NCBI GenBank assembly: GCA_041649155.1
Contig: JBAZNP010000001.1
Span: 67,581 to 131,580, forward strand
Reading direction: 5' to 3'
Length of the DNA: 64,000 bases
Source: Patescibacteria group bacterium
Lineage (GTDB): Bacteria > Patescibacteriota > UBA1384 > XYA2-FULL-43-10 > 1-14-0-10-43-13
The translations under genes and the position numbers were made by a program. Below the pieces are notes generated by a model. That model did not search any database, had not been told where the DNA came from, and worked only from the letters and a program-made list of their open reading frames with translations. Shown here piece by piece: positions 39,083-47,259 of this stretch; position 1 is the stretch's first letter; each line of letters opens with the position of its first letter.

Positions 39083-39210
39083 TTAGGATCCTGATTACAG
39101 GATAGATATTAATAAGTTAAGTAGCCCTTTAGGGAGCATAAAGATAATGTGCAGCTTATTTTGTGATGGGCTCATGGCTTGCTATAGAACATGATGCTCT
39201 TTATATTCTT

Positions 39211-40608
39211 TTACGAGCTAGCGCTAAAATCATCTCCAATAATTATTGAGATGTCAACACTATCACCGGTGTTGCGAGTTCTTTGGATAACTTTTGTATT
39301 ATATTTTTTCTCCAGGAAACTAATCGCAGACTTATTCGTGCCTCCACTATAATCATAAATTTTAGTTGTCTTAGATTTTTCCTCAGCAGTCTTAACTGTG
39401 ACAACATCAAACTGAGAATTTACTTTGAGTTCTGATGCTATCTTACTGGCCTGACCAGAGATTTTTGATGCATTCAACACTTCAACTTTTAATGCAGTTT
39501 TATTTGACGCATCTTCCGAAAAGATATTTTTAACCATGTCTTTTATCGCATCGAAATTTCCAGTCTTAGGCTTTAAGTAAAAGGTGCCAGAACTGGAATC
39601 GGAAACCAAATAGCTATCGTTTGCACTTGATAAGACTTTTGTAACCATGGTATTTTGATCAATACCGTTTATCATTTCAGCCAAAATTTTTAATTCCGCA
39701 GGAGTAAAATTTGTTCTTAAATGATTGCCGACTATTGTCACTAAATCCAGAACTGTTTTAGGATTAGCTAAAACTCCGGCCTTCAACATTTTATCCCTAA
39801 CCGCAGAAATAACCTGTTGCTGTCGTCTGGATCGGTCAAAATCAGATGTTGTTTCTCTTGAACGGGAGTATTTAAGAGCAAGTTCTCCATCCATATGTTG
39901 CTGCCCTGCTTTTATATACAGGGGGTCATATCCCTTCATTTCCTTATCTGGATAAAGAGGGTCATAAATGGCTTTATCAACATAAATATCGACTCCGCCC
40001 AACTTGTCCACTAATTGTTTGAATCCTTCAAAATCGATCATAACGTGATATTGAACAGGTATGCCCAATACATTAGAAACAGTTTCTCTGGTAAGCTGTG
40101 CACCGGCTATTGAAGCATCATCGACACAGTCAGACTGCTTCTTTTTCTTACAATTATCGCTTAAATAATCCTTGTACCCATAAGCAAAAGCAGCATTTAT
40201 TTTGTCACTTCCATGGTTCTTGATTGGAACATAAAGATCGCGAGGTACTGATATTAATGCCATCTTCTTATTCTTTACGTCAATGCTTGCAACCAATAAC
40301 GAATCAGTTAAAAGCCCACCAGGATGATTGTCACCCCCTCTACCCATTAAGAGAATATTGACGCGACCATCTTCCTCACCATTCAATTTATCACCTTTGA
40401 TCGCACGAACTAACGAGCTACCGCCAATTCCGTTTTCAAAAATCTTTGATCCCGTAGCATATATGTAGGCAAGAAATGAGGCAAGACATATTAGGAGAAT
40501 GCCAAATATGACAAAAAACACTTTCCACCCCTTCTTTTTGTAGAATGGTTTTTTAATGTTAGTACTATTTGGTTTAGGGGAACGTTTAAAAGATTTAATG
40601 AAACTCAT
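39211..40608 (-). CDS. LytR-CpsA-Psr (LCP) family protein
   Basis: N-terminal TM, then RVNILLMGRGG…DSLLVASID…ISVPRDL, plus a LytR_C-like tail. Confidence 0.85.
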   Translation of the reverse strand: MSFIKSFKRSPKPNSTNIKKPFYKKKGWKVFFVIFGILLICLASFLAYIYATGSKIFENGIGGSSLVRAIKGDKLNGEEDGRVNILLMGRGGDNHPGGLLTDSLLVASIDVKNKKMALISVPRDLYVPIKNHGSDKINAAFAYGYKDYLSDNCKKKKQSDCVDDASIAGAQLTRETVSNVLGIPVQYHVMIDFEGFKQLVDKLGGVDIYVDKAIYDPLYPDKEMKGYDPLYIKAGQQHMDGELALKYSRSRETTSDFDRSRRQQQVISAVRDKMLKAGVLANPKTVLDLVTIVGNHLRTNFTPAELKILAEMINGIDQNTMVTKVLSSANDSYLVSDSSSGTFYLKPKTGNFDAIKDMVKNIFSEDASNKTALKVEVLNASKISGQASKIASELKVNSQFDVVTVKTAEEKSKTTKIYDYSGGTNKSAISFLEKKYNTKVIQRTRNTGDSVDISIIIGDDFSASS

Positions 40609-40664
40609 TTTTGTTTTTTAGTTATAATTTTCAATAAGTTAATTTTAGCAAAACCTTAATAGGT

Positions 40665-41081
40665 TTAGCAATGCTTGTTCTTGGTAATATGCGGAGGATT
40701 TTTATAAAAAGGAACAACCGCATTCTCAAATTTTTTGCCCTGTCCCTTCAACTCTTTCTTTGTCTTATCAGCAATTTTCTTGTCGTTTAGTCTACCGCAA
40801 TATCCGATTACCGGAATATTTAGGGAACATGCAATCAGATTGGCCGTTGCCAGGCTTATTCTTAATCCCGTATAAGAACCGGGACCCTGATTAACAACTA
40901 TGCCGTTAAGATTTTCTTTTTTTAAATTGCCTGAATTTAAAAAAGTGTCAATATTTATCAACATTTTCTCCGATAAATCATTTCTGACTTCAAACTGTTC
41001 CCTTCTGACAAAATTATAATCATTATCAAAAAGGCTTAAGATCATTTCATCTATCTCGGAATTATCAATCAACAAAATCAT
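40665..41081 (-). CDS. tsaB: tRNA t6A biosynthesis protein TsaB (short form)
   Basis: …GPGSYTGLRISLATAN… is the inactive Kae1-like N-lobe. Adjacent to tsaE. Confidence 0.7.
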   Translation of the reverse strand: MILLIDNSEIDEMILSLFDNDYNFVRREQFEVRNDLSEKMLINIDTFLNSGNLKKENLNGIVVNQGPGSYTGLRISLATANLIACSLNIPVIGYCGRLNDKKIADKTKKELKGQGKKFENAVVPFYKNPPHITKNKHC

Positions 41082-41524
41082 CTATCCTCCAAATTGTCGG
41101 GTATTAACATTTTTCTTGTTTTATCATCGATATATTCAAACCTTAGCTCTACTGTCCTTGATGGCAGAATTTCTTTTATTTTATCGGGCCATTCCAGTAA
41201 AATGACAGCATCTTTATTTTCGAAAAGTTCATCTATTCCAATAGAATAGGCATCCTGTATTGATCCCATTCTATAACAATCAATATGAACTAAAAAACTG
41301 ATTTTTTGCTGATTTTCCGGCAAAGAATATTTTTTTAGTATGACAAAAGTTGGGCTGGTGATATTTTCTTTTATGCCCAAAGCACTAGCAAATCCCTTGG
41401 TAAATGTTGTTTTTCCACTTCCCAAGTCACCTTCCAGAGCAAAAACATCGCCTGGCTTCGCTTTAAAAGCTAAATCGCGGGCAATTTTAAAAGTTTCCTC
41501 TTCGCTTTTAGAAATATATTCCAT
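41078..41524 (-). CDS. tsaE: tRNA t6A biosynthesis ATPase TsaE
   Basis: Walker A GDLGSGKTTFTKG, 148 aa. Confidence 0.85.
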   Translation of the reverse strand: MEYISKSEEETFKIARDLAFKAKPGDVFALEGDLGSGKTTFTKGFASALGIKENITSPTFVILKKYSLPENQQKISFLVHIDCYRMGSIQDAYSIGIDELFENKDAVILLEWPDKIKEILPSRTVELRFEYIDDKTRKMLIPDNLEDR

Positions 41525-42744
41525 AGTATTGTTATAAATAAACCGATAGCTGGGTATATTAGTTGCTCTTCTCCTGCCCTGGGCAATTGATCTTCCGAGG
41601 CCACTATTTTAACATCATCTTGATCAATTGGCAAGATTCGATATTCATCTTTATATTGCGAAACGATCCCTGCAACTTCAACCTGATCACCTTTTTTCAT
41701 CTTAGGCTTGTTAATGCCCGTGGTTTTATTTATTACAACTTTAATTTCTGATTTGCCATCGCTAATATAAAATGTGTTCCCAGATGTTTCCGTTACAATT
41801 CCTGCCGTCTTAATATATGCGCCTTCATTTTCTTCGCCGATGTCAGATATCGTAATCTCTGTTGGGGTAACTGGATCAGTATGATTTAGTATGACGATAC
41901 TATCGGCACTACTAATTTTAACCCTTCTTTCATTATTTATTTGCGAAAGTTCACCAGTTACAGAAACCACATCCCCCAAAGAAAGCGTGGGGAAGTTTTT
42001 GCCATAACAATAAACCTGTATCCCTCCAGTTTCATCCTGTATATAGAAATATTGCGACGACAAAACCCCCGGCAAAGTTGTTACCGTACCTGTAACTATA
42101 ACATCTTCACCATCCTCCAAAGCCCTTGTGTCTTTAATATTCAAGGTTTCATCCGAAACTTCATCCGGATCATCTACAATTTCATCCACAATCTCTCGAT
42201 ATTCCGATCCGGGCGTCGGCAACGCTGGGACAAAATCAATGCTGTTATTGCCAGTAACTAAAGCATTTAGTTTTCTGGTAATAGATTCATTTGTTTTAGG
42301 AGCTTCGGCATTTTCCGATATATTATTTAAGACATCTTTGTCTTCATAGTCTCCATAAAATACCTTGTCTACGATCGTTGAATTAATTTTGTCTTTTAAT
42401 ATCATGCAATCGCCGCTATCATTCAAACCAGAAAAATAAATAACAGTATACTCTCCAGACCCCAAAACTCCGTTCAATTCATGTGGTTTATGATTATTAT
42501 CCTCCAGCGTATAATCAGACGAATCAACACTCTCCTCAGTGGGATTAAAAAGTTCAATCCATTCACCATTTTCGCAACTTGATTTTGTGCATAGCTCATT
42601 TATTAAAATATGATCCGCAATACTACCATCTGCAGCAGAAACACTTTTTGAACCCAAAAATATCGCTGCTAAAAAAGCGATAATATAAAATAGCGGTTTA
42701 ATAGCTATCTTAACCCGTCCCCTCCTAAACATAATCCACCTCAA
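41470..42744 (-). CDS. Secreted lamin-tail-domain (LTD) protein
   Basis: Signal peptide and the LTD signature …HILINELCT…NGEWIELFNPTE…. Its 3' end overlaps the annotated tsaE start by 55 nt. Confidence 0.55.
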   Translation of the reverse strand: MRWIMFRRGRVKIAIKPLFYIIAFLAAIFLGSKSVSAADGSIADHILINELCTKSSCENGEWIELFNPTEESVDSSDYTLEDNNHKPHELNGVLGSGEYTVIYFSGLNDSGDCMILKDKINSTIVDKVFYGDYEDKDVLNNISENAEAPKTNESITRKLNALVTGNNSIDFVPALPTPGSEYREIVDEIVDDPDEVSDETLNIKDTRALEDGEDVIVTGTVTTLPGVLSSQYFYIQDETGGIQVYCYGKNFPTLSLGDVVSVTGELSQINNERRVKISSADSIVILNHTDPVTPTEITISDIGEENEGAYIKTAGIVTETSGNTFYISDGKSEIKVVINKTTGINKPKMKKGDQVEVAGIVSQYKDEYRILPIDQDDVKIVASEDQLPRAGEEQLIYPAIGLFITILWNIFLKAKRKLLKLPAI

Positions 42745-42831
42745 ACGTTCTTTAATTAATTCGATAATTAAAGAATAATCGACAGGACATTAAGAAAAGT
42801 TAAAAATTATTAGAATTCAATGCTCTTAAAT

Positions 42832-42869
42832 ATCCTAAATAACAAGCTATAGCATACTAATCGGGATAC
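42832..42869. repeat. Copy A of the AAGCTATAGC…TAATCGGGATA palindromic repeat family
   Basis: tatcctaaataacaagctatagcatactaatcgggata, read directly. Related copies at 43433, 43716 and 44846. Confidence 0.45.
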
Positions 42870-42886
42870 CATGATAAAATGTTAAT

Positions 42887-43420
42887 ATGCGAATGTCGAA
42901 AAACCAAAAAAATGTGCTAAAAATAATTGGCAAGAGCATTGTTCTAGCATCGGCACTGTTTGCTCCAAATATTATCCAGATAATGAGACCTAAAAATGCC
43001 AGGGAGAAATACAAGCACAGCAGAACTATCAAAAAGCTTTTTGATGATGAAATTATATACCTGTTCGGCGAAGAAATAAGGCTGACTAAAAAAGGGAAAG
43101 AATTGCTTGGCGTTATTCAGATTGAGGACATTCAAATATTCCCAAAAGATGAATGGAATGGAGTCTGGCATATAGTTTGTTATGATGTGCCAGAAGGCAA
43201 AAAGACAGCCAGGGATTATTTTCGAGCGAAGTTAGCTGAGGTTGGTTTTAAGTTTATTCAAGACAGCATGTGGGTTTATCCATATGAGTGCAAAGAGGAA
43301 ATCGCCATTATCTCTCAAAATCTGGGCATTGCCCCTTTCGTTGCGTACCTTAACACCGACTATCTACCCCAACAAGAGAGGCTAATTCGTCACTTTCAAC
43401 TCAAAAAAAAGAATCTATAA
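42887..43420 (+). CDS. Membrane-anchored protein with a PaaX_C-like (Cas2-fold) domain
   Basis: …WNGVWHIVCYDVPEGKKTARDYFRAKLAEVGFKFIQDSMWVYP… matches the W..W.(I/L)V.(Y/F)D(V/I)PE…R…L…GF…Q.S(V/M)W pattern of PaaX C-terminal/Cas2-like domains. An N-terminal TM segment precedes it. Confidence 0.45.
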   Translation: MRMSKNQKNVLKIIGKSIVLASALFAPNIIQIMRPKNAREKYKHSRTIKKLFDDEIIYLFGEEIRLTKKGKELLGVIQIEDIQIFPKDEWNGVWHIVCYDVPEGKKTARDYFRAKLAEVGFKFIQDSMWVYPYECKEEIAIISQNLGIAPFVAYLNTDYLPQQERLIRHFQLKKKNL

Positions 43421-43432
43421 TTTTATTAATAA

Positions 43433-43472
43433 CTATCCCAAATAGCATGCTATAGCTTGTTAATCGGGATAG
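43433..43472. repeat. Copy B of the AAGCTATAGC…TAATCGGGATAG repeat, with inverted CTATCCC/GGGATAG ends
   Basis: Read directly. Confidence 0.45.
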
Positions 43473-43561
43473 TTGAGAATTAGAAATATTAGAATGAAGG
43501 GATTTGAATGTTGGAATTTTGGACCGAAGATGTGTTGAAGATGTTCGGGATGTGTTCGGTT

Positions 43562-43658
43562 TTATCCACAGCCCTGCGCACAAATTATAGACAATATCAT
43601 ATATTTGAGATCAAATAGAGCAATTCATGTGTTCGGTTTCTGTTCGCACTTATCCACA
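43562..43658 (+). promoter_or_regulatory. Two perfect-consensus DnaA boxes (TTATCCACA at 43562-43570 and 43650-43658). Each is preceded by a GATGTGTTCGGTTT-like iteron.
   Basis: Exact 9-mers in the same orientation, about 88 bp apart, in a repeat-rich non-coding stretch. Confidence 0.4.
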
Positions 43659-43672
43659 GGCGATGATTTTTA

Positions 43673-43760
43673 TTTAATTCCATAATACCATATCTGGCTT
43701 GAGTACAAAGTATACTAAATAAGAAGCTATAGCTTGTTAATCAGGATAGTTGAGGATTAA
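43673..43760. repeat. Copy C of an ~88-bp repeat (ttaattccataataccatatctggcttg.gtacaaag.ata.caaataagaagctatagc…taatc.ggatag)
   Basis: About 90% identical to 44797-44885. Confidence 0.55.
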
Positions 43761-43879
43761 AAATATTGGAATATTGGAATGTTAGAATTATTGAATTATT
43801 TTTTTTAAATTAATCATAAAACGCGAAATTTCGAGCTTGCAGGAGAACCCCTTATCCCGCTCGATTACAGTGGGTGTAG

Positions 43880-44251
43880 CTAACTTGGCCAAATGACGCC
43901 GATAATGACCGTGATAGCAAATAAAACAAGAGAAATAAGCGCCATTACTTTTGCATTTTTCTTTTGCTCAGAAAAACGGCTTAAAATAAGCAGAAATATA
44001 GACAACAAGATTATTCCGGGAATATTTAACCCAACAGAATAAACCCAATTTGGGAAGTCATGATAACTGTTTGAGTTTATAGTTTTAACGGTCATGATCA
44101 TAAGCAAGATATTCGAAATTACAAAACCAATAAATACTAGGTAGGTTATAAACTTTGTAATTACTAAAACAGCACCGGGCTTACTCTTTTGTGGTTCTGG
44201 TGCTTGATTGCTTTGAGATAAACCTTGATAAGGGTCGTTTTGTGTCTCCAT
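43880..44251 (-). CDS. hypothetical membrane protein (Q/P-rich N-terminus, 3 TM segments)
   Basis: 123 aa, with the same architecture as 44392..44796. Confidence 0.5.
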   Translation of the reverse strand: METQNDPYQGLSQSNQAPEPQKSKPGAVLVITKFITYLVFIGFVISNILLMIMTVKTINSNSYHDFPNWVYSVGLNIPGIILLSIFLLILSRFSEQKKNAKVMALISLVLFAITVIIGVIWPS

Positions 44252-44324
44252 CTTCCTCCTTTTTTATTTGTCCTTATTTTACCATTTTCATAATGTTATT
44301 AATGATTTTTGTTGAGTTATTTTC

Positions 44325-44385
44325 TTAAATATTTTCAAAAAGCCTAATCTCGTGCTTGCGAGAGAACGTCCACGAAAGCTCAGTA
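44325..44385. repeat. R-repeat copy 1 (aaatattttcaaaaagcctaatctcgtgcttgcgagagaacgtcc…)
   Basis: About 80% identical to 44962-45025. Both lie at the 3' ends of minus-strand small genes. Confidence 0.45.
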
Positions 44386-44391
44386 ACTTTT

Positions 44392-44796
44392 TTAGCCGAA
44401 TGCGCCCATAAACAATAAAACTCCTGCAATATACAAAACAAATAGAACTATGATTTGAATTAAGGGTTTTAACAACCATTTCCAAGCCTTATTTTTAATA
44501 GCCAAGATTATACCTGCAACTAGATATATTGACTGCAGCAAAAATAAAAATTCTATTATATATCCCAAACCATCAGTCAAATCTATAAATGGAAAGAATG
44601 TAGATATGAATAAAAAAGCCCACAAACACGATAGTACAATAAAGGCTGTATTGAATATCTTTTCCCAAAACCGTGGACCAATCGAACCTAAAACCTTTGA
44701 ATTGTTATTTTGCTGTCCGCCCGATGCGTTGGGCTGCACTTGCTGGTCGTATTGCAATGGTTGATTTATTGGATCTTCTGTCATTTCCCTCCTCAA
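44392..44796 (-). CDS. hypothetical membrane protein (Q/N-rich N-terminus, 3-4 TM segments)
   Basis: 134 aa. A possible paralog of 43880..44251 at the architectural level. Confidence 0.5.
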   Translation of the reverse strand: MRREMTEDPINQPLQYDQQVQPNASGGQQNNNSKVLGSIGPRFWEKIFNTAFIVLSCLWAFLFISTFFPFIDLTDGLGYIIEFLFLLQSIYLVAGIILAIKNKAWKWLLKPLIQIIVLFVLYIAGVLLFMGAFG

Positions 44797-44885
44797 TAAT
44801 TTTATTTAATTCCATAATACCATATCTGGCTTGGGTACAAAGCATACCAAATAAGAAGCTATAGCATACTAATCGGGATAGCGGT
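44797..44885. repeat. Copy D of the ~88-bp repeat
   Basis: See 43673-43760. Confidence 0.55.
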
Positions 44886-44961
44886 AGAGATTAAAGTCTT
44901 ATTTTAGAGCAGGTAAGATAAGAAATAAGACGAGAAAAATGAAGTGTCGTCAAAAAACACA

Positions 44962-45025
44962 AGAAATTTACTCAAATATTTTCAAAAATCCTAATTTTGT
45001 GCTTGTGAAAAAACGTCCCCTAAGC
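44962..45025. repeat. R-repeat copy 2
   Basis: See 44325-44385. Confidence 0.45.
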
Positions 45026-45214
45026 TCCACTTTCGGTTTCTGATTTTTGTTTATGTTCCTTACAGTTTTCACAATTAAATATCTCGTCTCTATGAAATTC
45101 GTGGTTGCATTTTGGGTATTTATAAACCGTTTTTGATTCAAAAATTGTACCTGGTGCACCATCATTTTTTTCAAGTTCTACTTCGCTAAGGTATATGCAA
45201 TCTTTCTTATACAT
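45020..45214 (-). CDS. 64-aa zinc-ribbon-like small protein
   Basis: Cys/His cluster C…CNHEFH…CENC. RBS AGAGGA. Confidence 0.45.
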   Translation of the reverse strand: MYKKDCIYLSEVELEKNDGAPGTIFESKTVYKYPKCNHEFHRDEIFNCENCKEHKQKSETESGA

Positions 45215-45228
45215 GCTTGTCCTCTATT

Positions 45229-45393
45229 TTAATTTTTTTCTATATCTAAATATTCCAGATCGTTTTTATATTCTGGTTTGGTGTCACCATTATCGTAAAC
45301 AAAATCAAGAATGTGAGTTTTCGGATTCGCCCATGATTCAATTTCACAATGCCCAATCACTCCGTCACTATTTTTAACTTTCACTGAGACCAT
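45229..45393 (-). CDS. 54-aa hypothetical small protein
   Basis: GGAGGG RBS 5 nt upstream of the ATG. MVSVKVKNSDGVIGHCEIESW… Not in the ORF track. Confidence 0.4.
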   Translation of the reverse strand: MVSVKVKNSDGVIGHCEIESWANPKTHILDFVYDNGDTKPEYKNDLEYLDIEKN

Positions 45394-45412
45394 AATTACC
45401 CTCCAAAAATTA

Positions 45413-45577
45413 CTATAATAATTTTTTAATATTGCTTAATTCACATTTATTAGTATGGACGAAATCGATCATTCCACATGATGGACATTTTAATGTTGAG
45501 TCACCTCTTTCTCCATTAGTCTGAAAATCAAGACTCTCTTCGTGTAAATAATCTTCGTACTCTTTATTTAGCTTCAT
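45413..45577 (-). CDS. 54-aa zinc-ribbon small protein (CPSCG…C)
   Basis: AAGGAG RBS 5 nt before MKLNKEYEDY… The track's longer N-terminus is rejected. Confidence 0.45.
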   Translation of the reverse strand: MKLNKEYEDYLHEESLDFQTNGERGDSTLKCPSCGMIDFVHTNKCELSNIKKLL

Positions 45578-45731
45578 TTTTCTCCTTTTTTGCGAAAAAC
45601 AATTCAACCATTTAACTATTCAACAAGTTAACGGACCCATTATGCCAAACATACCCCAAACAGAGCAAGTTGTTTTCTTATCGCCAAAACCGTATTTAAT
45701 AGAAAACCGTCCCCTAAACTACTTGTTCACC

Positions 45732-46367
45732 CTAGAATTTCCCTTCAATTTTAGATGTTGTCCTTTTGACATTTATATTGCCGTGGCGACCTCTTTCTCT
45801 CGGATTATTAAAATAATTTCCGTTTAACTCACTGCCTCTGTTGAGTATTGCTAGTAAAGCAGTGCCAGTATGATCCCTCATATCATCGTCAGGTGCAGGT
45901 GCTGAAGTTCTATTCTGATATACGTATACCAATTCATGGTTCTCGTTGTTGTTCCGGCATATGTTGGCAATTAGGTTATAAGAACCGGACCTCTGAGTGT
46001 AAAGATTTACTTTAATAGAAGTTAAGCTTTGTTTGATTTCAATTACGGTTGGGTATTTTGTTTTTTCCTTGTCGTAACTGCTAGTGAGAAAGCCCTCGTA
46101 TCTACCGTTAACATTTGGGATTCCAACCAATTTTTTTATTAAAGGAAGTTTCCATAAATAAACATTAAACAGCCAAAAGAAAAGCAACAAAATCAATAGT
46201 GTCGTTGGAGCTTCAAACAAACCGAAAGAATAAATTTTGTAAAGATAATTTTCGTGCGGTAATTTTTCTATCCAAAAAATTAGACCTGACGATACCCATG
46301 ACGCTGGGGCAGTAAACACGACACAAAAAATAAAATAAAATTTACTCGTTAGGCGGAATGGCTTCAT
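45732..46367 (-). CDS. CBASS-type effector: two N-terminal TM helices plus a beta-rich C-terminal domain (Cap15-like)
   Basis: Two hydrophobic helices in the first 80 aa, then a polar beta-rich domain. It lies 11 nt downstream of the SMODS cyclase gene. Confidence 0.55.
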   Translation of the reverse strand: MKPFRLTSKFYFIFCVVFTAPASWVSSGLIFWIEKLPHENYLYKIYSFGLFEAPTTLLILLLFFWLFNVYLWKLPLIKKLVGIPNVNGRYEGFLTSSYDKEKTKYPTVIEIKQSLTSIKVNLYTQRSGSYNLIANICRNNNENHELVYVYQNRTSAPAPDDDMRDHTGTALLAILNRGSELNGNYFNNPRERGRHGNINVKRTTSKIEGKF

Positions 46368-46378
46368 AAATCTCCCTG

Positions 46379-47242
46379 TTAAATATTAAAGGCTTTGTCC
46401 CAAGCAGTTACAGCTTCTTGAGCCGTGGTTGCCCTATAGGCAGCTAGGCTTTGCACTAAAGAACTAGCAAGAGTATTTCTGAATAATTGGCTATCCCAAT
46501 TATTTGTAATATGTTCAGTGCCGCAAACGCTTGGCACTTGAGTTTCCTGTGCTAGTGATTCTAAAATATGGCTCCCAACCAAAATGAATGAACTAACATG
46601 GTCGTTGGCGAAATTTTCATTGGGGGACGCATGAACCAGAGACTCTATTTGGTATGAAGAAACAACATCCGCATCCCCAAAATGATTTTTTGACCAATTT
46701 TTAAACATTCGAACGACAGGCTTAAAGTTTTCATTAGTTTTATTGTGTTTTTCCGCTCCATTTTTGATGTGAGTGCGAGGACTGTTAACTTTTTCCAAGC
46801 CGGTTTTGAAGGAATATATGGCAATGGGATCCGTCATTATGTCATGGGTGATTTTTACTGCGGGGACAACGTCTGCCTTAAATGTCGATGTTGAAACTTC
46901 TATGCATTTCCCGCTATCGCTTCGTTTTATAGTCCAGTCATAACGATTTTGATTCTCGAGTTTTTCCTCGATTTCTGCAAAAATACACTCCCATGCTATG
47001 CTAGTTGGACAGACTATTCCAGAATGAACACTGCTAAAAGTATCTTTTCGTATGGCGACAATATCAACATCATTGATATCTGAAATCGAGGTATCGTTAG
47101 CATAAGATCCCTGTAGGAATGTTTGATGGTCGACGAGTAATTCTTGGATGTAGTTTTGAAGATTGGCAACTTCTCTCCGTTTTGTATCAGAGATGCTTTT
47201 TGTATGTTTTAGAACATGCTGAACAGGCACATTGTGAGTCAT
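46379..47242 (-). CDS. SMODS-domain nucleotidyltransferase (CD-NTase-like cyclic-oligonucleotide synthase)
   Basis: LQGSYANDTSISDINDVDIVAI fits the GS-x(10)-DxD pattern, with a third acidic residue in …FKADVVPAV…. RBS GGGAGGGAG. Confidence 0.7.
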   Translation of the reverse strand: MTHNVPVQHVLKHTKSISDTKRREVANLQNYIQELLVDHQTFLQGSYANDTSISDINDVDIVAIRKDTFSSVHSGIVCPTSIAWECIFAEIEEKLENQNRYDWTIKRSDSGKCIEVSTSTFKADVVPAVKITHDIMTDPIAIYSFKTGLEKVNSPRTHIKNGAEKHNKTNENFKPVVRMFKNWSKNHFGDADVVSSYQIESLVHASPNENFANDHVSSFILVGSHILESLAQETQVPSVCGTEHITNNWDSQLFRNTLASSLVQSLAAYRATTAQEAVTAWDKAFNI

Positions 47243-47259
47243 TGCTCCCTCCCTTTCAA

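Noticed and set aside
42887-43420. A Cas2-like motif (…VCYDVPEGKK…LAEVGF…QDSMW…) suggested a CRISPR adaptation gene.
   Set aside because: The surrounding pattern (W..W.IV.YDVPE…R…L…GF…S.WVYP) fits the PaaX C-terminal domain, which shares the Cas2 fold. There is no cas1 and no regularly spaced repeat-spacer array anywhere in the window.
43420-45030. The repeats here were considered as a CRISPR array or as integron attC sites.
   Set aside because: The repeats are 60-90 bp, are not separated by uniform spacers, and contain genes between them. Canonical attC core sites (GTTRRRY/RYYYAAC) are not matched, and no integrase is present. They are reported as uncharacterised repeat families instead.
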